Assembly (NCBI GenBank): GCA_964014485.1
Contig: CAXHAT010000191.1
Location: 1 to 15,115 of the forward strand
Direction of reading: 5' to 3'
Source of the DNA: an uncultured Deferribacteres bacterium
Lineage (GTDB): Bacteria > Zhuqueibacterota > Zhuqueibacteria > Zhuqueibacterales > Geothermadaptataceae
Length of the DNA stretch: 15,115 bases
Shown here: positions 8,143-15,115 of the stretch, in pieces
Layout of the letters: each line of letters opens with the position of its first letter
Position numbering within the stretch: position 1 is the stretch's first letter
The notes under the pieces: model-generated
Told to the model about the DNA's origin: nothing
What the model saw: the letters and a program-made list of their open reading frames with translations, nothing else
The model's database searches: none
Position numbers and translations under genes: made by a program

Positions 8143-8240
8143 AAACAGCCTTAAGGCTGAACTACAAACGACAGAGCATTCTTCTATTCTGAGCGTAAGG
8201 AGAAGCTCGGTCGTTTGTAGACCACGCTTTAGCGTGTTTT
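8143..8240. repeat. Inverted pair of GTAG-type REP-like units (REPIN-like hairpin)
   Basis: CTACAAACGACAGAGC (8162-8177) pairs with GCTCGGTCGTTTGTAG (8205-8220) at 15/16. Each GTAG adjoins a short palindrome (CAGCCTTAAGGCTG on the left, CACGCTTTAGCGTG on the right). Confidence 0.75.
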
Positions 8241-8272
8241 AACGACCGATGTGTTTTCGCACGCCCGCGAAT

Positions 8273-8379
8273 TGTTCGCAGGCGAACGCTCGGTGTTTTG
8301 TCAGCGTATAAGCGGTCATTTCGTTATTTCCCCCGCCCAGCCTAACTCACCCAAAAATCAAAATGGTACAATTGTTGGC
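8273..8379 (+). promoter_or_regulatory. Putative sigma54 promoter with two upstream activator-like sites (second copy)
   Basis: TGGTACAATTGTTGGC at 8364-8379. Sites TGTTCGCAGGCGAACG (8273-8288, palindromic core) and TGTTTTGTCAGCGTATA (8294-8310) start 21 bp apart. TGGTACAAT could alternatively be an extended -10 element. Confidence 0.55.
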
Positions 8380-8465
8380 TTTTCTCATTCTGCTGATTCG
8401 GTCATTTAACCGTGACCTTTCTACCGCTTCATGGTTACGCCAATCACTCTTTAACAAAAGAAACC

Positions 8466-10865
8466 ATGCTGAAAAACTATTTGAAAACCGCCCTCCGCGC
8501 GCTCAATCGTAACAAATCCAACGCATTTATCAATGTCATCGGTCTCGCGGTCGGCGTGGCATGCACCGCGTTGATCTTGCTGTTTGTGCAGGATGAACTT
8601 TCCTATGATCGATTTCACGAAAAGGGCGAGCGCATTTTCCGCGTCGCCGGGGAATACGATCAGGGCGGGGACGTGCGAACGCGCGCCGCGATCACGACCT
8701 ACGTGATGAAAAGCTGGTTTGACACGTCTTTTCCTGATATTCAAAACACTGTCCGGCTGGATGTTCGCGGCAGCGGCGTGGTCAGGCACGGCGAGCAAAT
8801 CATTTCTGAGAAAAACCTGCTTTACGTCGATGAAAATTTCTTCGACGTCTTTTCATTCAACCTCATCCACGGTGATGCGGCCACCACTTTGGCAGAGCCA
8901 AACAGCATGGTGATGGCCAAAACATTGGCGGAAAAATATTTCAGCAACAGCGATCCCTTAGGCCAAACGCTGGAGGTCAACGGCGTACAAGTCAAAATTA
9001 CCGGCGTGATCGAAGACATGCCCGCCAACAGCCATTTTCGCGGCGATTTGATCCTTTCCATCAAAACGGCGGAACCATCCTACGCGAACTGGATTTTGAC
9101 CAATGCTTCGGGTTCCAGCCATTACACCTACATCGAATTGGCTGAAGGCGTGAGTCCGGAAAGCATCGAGCATCAACTCGGCGAATACCTGAAATCGAAA
9201 GACCAAGAGTTCGCCGAAAGCCGCACGTATTTTCTCCAACCTCTGCGTGATATTCATCTGCATTCAAATCTCGCTGCCGAAATTGGGGCTAACGGCGACA
9301 TTTTGTACGTTTACCTGCTCTCCGCAGTGGCCGTCATCATCCTGTTCATGGCTTGCATAAATTACATGAATTTAGCGGTTGCGCGTTCTGCGGGGCGAGC
9401 CGCTGAAGTTGGCCTGCGAAAAGTGGTAGGGGCGAGCCGCGGACAGTTGATTTTCCAATTCCTCGGCGAATCCGTTTTGACCGCATTTGCCGCTCTATTG
9501 TTCGCGGCGATTCTGATCGAATTGAGCATGCCGTACTTCAATGAGCTTTCAGGCAAAACGCTGCAAGTTGACCTGCTGCAAAATCTTCCTTTCCTGGCGG
9601 GTTTGACGGCGTTCTCCCTTTTGATCGGATTGCTGGCGGGCAGTTATCCGGCGGCGTTTCTCTCCGCCTTTCAATCGATCAATTTGCTCAAGGGAGACTC
9701 TGGCGGACGCAAAAAGCTCGGTCTGCGCAAGAGTCTTGTTCTCGTGCAATTCATCGCTTCCGTGACGCTTTTAACCAGCACGTTGCTCGTCTATCGCCAA
9801 ATCACCTTTCTGCAAAACAAAAAACTCGGATTCGAATCAGAGCTCGTCGTGACCATTCCGCTGCCGACAAATGAAATCGCCGGGCGCTTCGAACAATTTC
9901 GCACATTGCTCACCAGCAATCCGCAGATTCAGCTTGTTTCAGCGACCAACAACACTTTGCCCGCCCGAATCAGCCATTGGCGAGAGTACGAAATCGAAGG
10001 GCGTGAAGAGACGGTCATGAGTCCGACCATCGTGGTCTCGCACGATTTCTTTGAGACGCTGCAAGCGGAATTTCTCGAAGGGCGCGCTTTTGACCGCGAA
10101 TTCTCGACGGATGCGAACGAAGCCTACATCATCAATGAATCAGCGGCCAAATTCCTGGGGCTGGAAACGCCGGTCGGAACAGGTCTCGCAGGACGCATTT
10201 TCGACGGCGCAAGCTGGGGACGCAAACAGGCGAGAATTATCGGCGTTGTACGCGATTTTCATTTGGCTTCATTGCATACCGAAATTCAACCAACGGTATT
10301 TTCGCTCTCAACCGAAGGAACCACGCCGCTGACGACGATGGCCGTCAAAATAAGCGGGGCTGAGTTGCCGGCTACGCTGGATTTTATCGAAAACGCCTGG
10401 CAAAAACTCGCCCCGGAACAGCCTTTTGTTTTCGATTTTATCGATGAAAACATCGCACAATTCTACAACGCGGAAAAACGTTTCCTCAATGTTTTTCTCG
10501 CCTTCACGGGTTTGGCGATTTTCGTCACCTGTCTCGGCGTGCTTGGGCTTTCCGCCTACATGGCCGCTCAACGCAGGCGTGAAATCGGCGTGCGAAAAGT
10601 GCTCGGGGCATCGGTTTCGAGCATCATTGCCGTTCTATCGGGAGGATTTGCCAAGCTCATGCTGCTGGCCAATATCCTCGCCTGGCCCGCGGCATGGTAC
10701 GCAATGAATCAATGGCTGGACAACTTCGCCTACCGCGTCGAAGCGTCGTGGTGGATTTTCGCGCTGGCGGGCGGCTTGGCTTTGCTCATCGCGCTTTTGA
10801 CCGTCAGCACGCAAGCAATCCGCGCCGCGACGGCGAATCCGGTCGAGAGTTTGCGATATGAATAG
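8466..10865 (+). CDS. Duplicated MacB/FtsX-family ABC transporter permease
   Basis: 799 aa from MLKNYLKTALR (start reassigned from 8412 by paralog alignment). Motifs LQPLRDIHLHS, CINYMNL, RAAEVGLRKVVGA, GSYPA, REIGVRKVLGA, NPVESLRYE. Confidence 0.95.
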   Translation: MLKNYLKTALRALNRNKSNAFINVIGLAVGVACTALILLFVQDELSYDRFHEKGERIFRVAGEYDQGGDVRTRAAITTYVMKSWFDTSFPDIQNTVRLDVRGSGVVRHGEQIISEKNLLYVDENFFDVFSFNLIHGDAATTLAEPNSMVMAKTLAEKYFSNSDPLGQTLEVNGVQVKITGVIEDMPANSHFRGDLILSIKTAEPSYANWILTNASGSSHYTYIELAEGVSPESIEHQLGEYLKSKDQEFAESRTYFLQPLRDIHLHSNLAAEIGANGDILYVYLLSAVAVIILFMACINYMNLAVARSAGRAAEVGLRKVVGASRGQLIFQFLGESVLTAFAALLFAAILIELSMPYFNELSGKTLQVDLLQNLPFLAGLTAFSLLIGLLAGSYPAAFLSAFQSINLLKGDSGGRKKLGLRKSLVLVQFIASVTLLTSTLLVYRQITFLQNKKLGFESELVVTIPLPTNEIAGRFEQFRTLLTSNPQIQLVSATNNTLPARISHWREYEIEGREETVMSPTIVVSHDFFETLQAEFLEGRAFDREFSTDANEAYIINESAAKFLGLETPVGTGLAGRIFDGASWGRKQARIIGVVRDFHLASLHTEIQPTVFSLSTEGTTPLTTMAVKISGAELPATLDFIENAWQKLAPEQPFVFDFIDENIAQFYNAEKRFLNVFLAFTGLAIFVTCLGVLGLSAYMAAQRRREIGVRKVLGASVSSIIAVLSGGFAKLMLLANILAWPAAWYAMNQWLDNFAYRVEASWWIFALAGGLALLIALLTVSTQAIRAATANPVESLRYE

Positions 10866-10877
10866 ATTAAGTAATTG

Positions 10878-10930
10878 AAGTTACTCACGCGCCGACTGGC
10901 AGACGCGACCAAAGCCCGTGAGCAACTTTT
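10878..10930 (+). terminator. Stem-loop after the permease stop codon (possible terminator or stability hairpin)
   Basis: AAGTTACTCACG (10878-10889) pairs with CGTGAGCAACTT (10917-10928) at 11/12. The loop is large and the T-tract short, so it is an atypical terminator. Confidence 0.3.
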
Positions 10931-11400
10931 GGTTCTCATTAGCTCCGTTCTTCAGAGCGGAGATTTTTGAAGACAGCCGTCCCGACGTTTCAGCAATTTT
11001 CCTGGCATTATTTATTAGACAATATCCGCAAATTCTCCGAAAACGAAGAAAATTTTAAGACAAAATAATGGCAGTCAAAATTATGGTTTTAAAGAAGTTC
11101 ATTATTTTGCCTTCCATCATTCTGACTTCATTGAAAAACTTTATTTGTTACCAGGTTGTTTGTTTTATTTGGCGTCAATCCTTTGGATTTCCGGATTGTT
11201 CGGCAATTGCTTTCATGTTTAGTGAGTTTTTCAAGAACTCATTACCAAAATTGATTAACCCTTTCGTGAATTTCGAGTAAGAAAATCGTGGGTTCTGTCT
11301 AAAAAACTACGCATGAAAAATTGCTGACGTTTCGGGAGCGGAAGAGATGAAAATGAGCGCTTCGCGCGTCACCGGGATCAAGCCCGGCGCTAATGAAACC
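10931..11400. repeat. Inverted pair of degenerate TTAG-led REP-like units flanking about 310 bp of AT-rich DNA
   Basis: The left arm (10931-11001) GGTTCTCATTAGCTCCGTTCTTCAGAGCGGAG...CCGTCCCGACGTTTCAGCAATTTTC resembles the reverse complement of 11315-11400, GGTTTCATTAGCGCCGGGCTTGATCCCGGTG...CCGCTCCCGAAACGTCAGCAATTTTTC. Confidence 0.65.
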
Positions 11401-11504
11401 ATGTTCACGTTTGAGCAACAGGCAATACGTTGGCATGCGTAACATCAGTTAAACAATTCAAAAGAAGCGTAATTAGACGTAAAGCTGGGAGCTATCAAGG
11501 GAAA

Positions 11505-13895
11505 ATGTTCGCAAATTATTTAAAAATCGCCGTCAGAGTTTTTTCCAAAAACAAGGCTTATTCGCTCATCAATCTCGCGGGGATGGCGCTGGGGCTGACT
11601 TGCTGCTTGTTGATCACGCTGTATGTGCGCGATGAATTGTCTCATGAATCCTCACATGAAAAAGCCGATCAAATCTATCGCGTTATCGCGGAATCGGGAC
11701 GCGAAGAGGATAAAATATTCGATTCCGCCAATACATCCTTTCCCGTTGGCTCGGCTTTAAAAGAAGCTTTTCCCGAAGTGCTCGACGCCATTCGTTTTCG
11801 CGAAGGGTTTCAGGGCGTGGTGAGCTACGGCGGACAAAGCTTTGCCGAAAAAAAGTTCTTTTTCACCGACCCGACGGTGTTTGAAGTTTTTACATTTCCT
11901 TTTCTCTCCGGCAATCCTGAAACTGCATTATCGCAGCCCAACAATGTCGTTTTGACGGCGCGCGCCGCGAAAAAATACTTTGGCGAAGACAATCCCGTCG
12001 GGAAAATTATTCACTACGAAGGCTGGGCGGGACCGGCTGATTTAATCGTCACCGGCGTACTCGAAGATTTGCCGCATAACACGCACTTCGACTTCGAATT
12101 CCTCGCTTCGCTGGAAATCGTTGCGAATGAAGAATTCCCCTGGACGTGGTTTACCTCGTTGTGGACTTACGTCTTGCTGCCTGAGAATTATCATCCCGAA
12201 GCGTTAAAGCAAAAATTTCCTGAATTTGTCACAAGCCGCGTCCAGCCTCATCTTGAGAGCGAGGAAAGTTGGTTCATGCTCGACCTGGAGCCGCTGCGCG
12301 ATATTCATCTTTACTCAGGGCTGGACACGCAAATGAAGCCGGTCAGCAGCATTCAATACGTGTATTTGTTTTCAGCGATCGCCGTGATCATTTTGGCGCT
12401 TGCGTGTATCAATTTTACCAACCTCTCCACAGCCCGCGCGCTTAAGCGCGCCAAGGAAGTCGGGATGCGCAAAACGCTTGGCGGGCGGCGGCAAGCCTTG
12501 ATTTTGCAATTTTTCAGCGAATCCTTGTTTTTTTGCCTGCTCGCCTTAGCGTTCGCGATCACGTTGACCGAACTGGTTCTGCCCTATTTCAATCAACTCG
12601 CCGGCAAAGCGGTCAGGATCAACTACTTTGAAGACGGCTTTATTTTTCTGGCTTTGGCTGGAATTCTGATCTTTACCGGAATCTTGGCGGGCAGCTATCC
12701 GGCATTGGTCATCTCGCGTTTTTCTCCGATTGCGGCATTCAAAGGCGGTTCTCCTTCCGGCGTTTTAACAAAGTCCCGTTTACGGAAAGGACTTGTCATT
12801 TTCCAGTTCGCGACTTCTATCTTTTTGCTAATCGCGGCAATCGTCATTTCCGGGCAGCTCGAGTACGTTCGCAGCAAAAACCTCGGCGCGAACATTGAGC
12901 AAGTCGTCGTTGCGCCGGTGAGTAAGAACGCCGATTTGCTCATTCATGAACTCAAGCAGAAACCCGGTGTCTTAAACGCCAGTGCATCCTCGCGCATCCC
13001 GGCGAACCTTGAAAGCTTCGACACGCGCCCGGTCTTCGTCGAAGGATTTCAGGAAGCCGTCGAAATGGAAAATTTCAATATCGACGAAGATTTTCTCGCG
13101 ACTTTTGAAATTGAGTTGGTCGCGGGCAGGAATCTGTCGCGCGAAAGAGTCGGCGACTCGACCGCTTTTTTAATTAACGAATCCGCCGTACGTGAATTTG
13201 GCTGGGGAACGCCGGAGGATGCTTTGGGAAAACAGATCGGCTGGCAGTTTAATTACAAAAAAGGCCGCGTGATTGGGGTTGTGAAAGATTTTCACATGGC
13301 TTCATTCCGGGAATCCATTCAGCCATTGATTTTGCACAAAATGAAAGAATCCTTTTGGTACACTTTTCTCTCGGCTCGCCTGGACGCCGACAATCTTTCG
13401 ACGACCTTGCAAACGATCGAAGAAACCTGGCGAGAATTCAATCCGAACGGCGGCTATGAATACTTTTTCGCCGACAACAGTTTTGCCAAAATCCATCGCG
13501 CCGATGCGCGCTTTGGCGAAATCGTGACGGTTTTCACATTTATGGCCGCTGTCATTTCGTGCCTGGGATTGTTGGGACTCATCTCCTACGCCGTCGAGCA
13601 GCGCACAAAAGAAATCGGCGTCCGAAAAATCCTCGGCGCGACGACAGTCAGCGTCGCGGCATTGCTTTCGAAGGACGTCGTCAGACTCGTGCTGTTGGCC
13701 AATCTTATTGCCTGGCCGTCGGCATGGCTGGCGATGAACGAGTGGTTGCAGGATTTTGCCTACCGAATTGACATTTCGTGGCAGGTATTTGCAGCGGCGG
13801 GCGGATTGGCGCTGGCGATTGCGCTTTTGACGGTGAGCGCACAGGCGATTCGTGCCGCGCTGGCAAATCCGGTGGAGAGTTTGCGGTATGATTAA
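11505..13895 (+). CDS. Duplicated MacB/FtsX-family ABC transporter permease
   Basis: 796 aa from MFANYLKIAVR (start reassigned from 11430). Motifs LEPLRDIHLYS, CINFTNLSTARALKRAKEVGMRK, GSYPA, GVVKDFH, RTKEIGVRKILGA, NPVESLRYD. Confidence 0.95.
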   Translation: MFANYLKIAVRVFSKNKAYSLINLAGMALGLTCCLLITLYVRDELSHESSHEKADQIYRVIAESGREEDKIFDSANTSFPVGSALKEAFPEVLDAIRFREGFQGVVSYGGQSFAEKKFFFTDPTVFEVFTFPFLSGNPETALSQPNNVVLTARAAKKYFGEDNPVGKIIHYEGWAGPADLIVTGVLEDLPHNTHFDFEFLASLEIVANEEFPWTWFTSLWTYVLLPENYHPEALKQKFPEFVTSRVQPHLESEESWFMLDLEPLRDIHLYSGLDTQMKPVSSIQYVYLFSAIAVIILALACINFTNLSTARALKRAKEVGMRKTLGGRRQALILQFFSESLFFCLLALAFAITLTELVLPYFNQLAGKAVRINYFEDGFIFLALAGILIFTGILAGSYPALVISRFSPIAAFKGGSPSGVLTKSRLRKGLVIFQFATSIFLLIAAIVISGQLEYVRSKNLGANIEQVVVAPVSKNADLLIHELKQKPGVLNASASSRIPANLESFDTRPVFVEGFQEAVEMENFNIDEDFLATFEIELVAGRNLSRERVGDSTAFLINESAVREFGWGTPEDALGKQIGWQFNYKKGRVIGVVKDFHMASFRESIQPLILHKMKESFWYTFLSARLDADNLSTTLQTIEETWREFNPNGGYEYFFADNSFAKIHRADARFGEIVTVFTFMAAVISCLGLLGLISYAVEQRTKEIGVRKILGATTVSVAALLSKDVVRLVLLANLIAWPSAWLAMNEWLQDFAYRIDISWQVFAAAGGLALAIALLTVSAQAIRAALANPVESLRYD

Positions 13896-15069
13896 ATTGA
13901 TTGCCAAGCTTAAAACCCGAAGATCGTTAATGCGAACTCTCTCCAATTACATGTTTTTTCTTTTCATTTTTCAATTGGCTGTAAATGCCGCCGTTCTGAG
14001 AGCGTCGAGTCTAAAACAACCATTCATCAACAAAGCTGAAGAGCGCGATTATTGGCCAACAACGGCATGGCGGACGGCTCTGCTTTCTGCACATGGTCTC
14101 GATGAAAGTCTGCTCAACCAATTGGTCGACAAAATTACCTCCGGAGATCCGTATCGCGCCATTCACTCGCTGCTGATCGTCAAAAACGGTTATCTGGTTT
14201 TTGAAAAATACTTCGCGGGCTACGATAAAGACGATTTGCACACGCTGCAATCGGTGACAAAAAGCATCGCTTCGACATTAGTCGGAGCGGCGATACAAAA
14301 CGGATTTATCCAGTCTCTCGACCAAAAGGTTTTGTCGTTTTTCCCTGAATACGAAACCGTCGCCAATTTAGACGAAAACAAGCGAGTCATGAATCTCCGG
14401 CACGCGTTGACAATGCAAACAGGCATGGCGTGGTTCGGCGAAAAGCATCTTGGACCGTTGAATCGATTTTCCGGCGATAAAATGAAGTTTGTGCTTGATT
14501 ACGAAATGGATCGTCCGCCCGGAGAAAAATGGTACTACAACAGCGGAATCGCCGTGTTGCTCGGCGGTCTTTTGCAAAATGCAACGGGCATGGGCACGAT
14601 TGAATTTGCAGATAAATTTCTTTTCCAGCCTCTGGGTGTCTCTGAAAGGCGGTGGTACAGTCATCGTGGAATTCCGCACTCCGGCGGCGGCTTGCACTTG
14701 CGGCCGCGCGACATGACGAAAATCGGGTTCTTGTTTCTCAATGACGGCGCTTGGGACGGAAAGCGCATTTTGCCGGAAGGATGGGTTGAAGAAGCAACGC
14801 AAAGGCACGTTCCTTTTGCAGAAAAGAAATCAGAATACACCGCGGCCTACGGTTATATGTGGTGGGTGCTGCCCTACGAAAGACACAACCTGGACAAACG
14901 CGAAAAGCAAGACTTCTTCGCAGCTTACGGCTACATGGGCCAATTCATTTTCGTGATTCCAGAACATGACATGGTTGTGGTTGTCACCGGCGGCGCGCAA
15001 CGCTGGCCGGATGAGATTCGGCCTTTTGATTTTCTATACCGATTTATCTTGAAAGCGGTCGAGCAATGA
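13888..15069 (+). CDS. Serine hydrolase, beta-lactamase/AmpC-like (penicillin-binding protein superfamily), probably secreted
   Basis: SxxK motif (QSVTKS), tyrosine motif PGEKWYYNSG, GGGLHLRPRDMTKIG, YGYMWW and AYGYMGQFIFVIP. Hydrophobic N-terminus. The start is ATG 13888 (overlapping the permease end, GGAG at 13874) or ATG 13930. Confidence 0.9.
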   Translation: MIKLIAKLKTRRSLMRTLSNYMFFLFIFQLAVNAAVLRASSLKQPFINKAEERDYWPTTAWRTALLSAHGLDESLLNQLVDKITSGDPYRAIHSLLIVKNGYLVFEKYFAGYDKDDLHTLQSVTKSIASTLVGAAIQNGFIQSLDQKVLSFFPEYETVANLDENKRVMNLRHALTMQTGMAWFGEKHLGPLNRFSGDKMKFVLDYEMDRPPGEKWYYNSGIAVLLGGLLQNATGMGTIEFADKFLFQPLGVSERRWYSHRGIPHSGGGLHLRPRDMTKIGFLFLNDGAWDGKRILPEGWVEEATQRHVPFAEKKSEYTAAYGYMWWVLPYERHNLDKREKQDFFAAYGYMGQFIFVIPEHDMVVVVTGGAQRWPDEIRPFDFLYRFILKAVEQ

Positions 15070-15115
15070 GCAATGAGCAATGAGCAATGAGCAATGAGCA
15101 ATGAGCAATGAGCAA
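15061..15115 (+). repeat. Heptanucleotide tandem repeat (GAGCAAT)n
   Basis: 55 nt: 7 perfect copies plus 6/7 of an eighth. It begins in the last codons of the hydrolase (GAG CAA TGA) and runs to the window end. Confidence 0.98.

Noticed and set aside
11068..11280. 70-aa plus-strand hydrophobic ORF
   Set aside because: No SD, AT-driven composition and no family motif; it cannot be supported from sequence alone.
424..11400. Integron cassette array (hairpins between genes, antisense TA)
   Set aside because: The spacer hairpins are unrelated to each other and lack attC R/L box geometry. The AAC...GTT element at 429-678 is too long and has no unpaired spacer. No integrase is present.
3260..14956. 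Long antisense and alternate-frame ORFs inside the permeases and hydrolase (e.g. 3260-4057, 6909-7430, 13302-13946)
   Set aside because: Shadow ORFs expected from codon bias in genuine genes; no independent motifs.
15061..15115. CRISPR array
   Set aside because: Contiguous 7-mers with no spacers.

Overview
Bacterial chromosomal window. On the minus strand, the left end holds the 5' part of a WD40-repeat gene and a complete malic-enzyme-family gene. The rest is a plus-strand tandem array of paralogous duplicated MacB/FtsX-type ABC permeases (start MFxNYxKxAxR, end NPxESLRYE). The array has three intact genes of about 800 aa, one copy with an in-frame internal deletion of about 360-375 codons, and a 197-bp 3' remnant of a fifth copy. 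No ATPase or adaptor gene lies in the window. A reverse-oriented RHH-antitoxin/PIN-toxin pair sits between the two 197-bp direct repeats. The array ends in an overlapping, probably secreted beta-lactamase-family serine hydrolase that runs into a (GAGCAAT)n repeat at the window edge. Two intergenic regions share a sigma54-like promoter variant (TGGYAC-N2-TTGTTGGC) preceded by tandem activator-like sites. Most intergenic gaps carry REP/REPIN- or MITE-like inverted repeats. All family calls come from motif recognition by eye; no searches were run.
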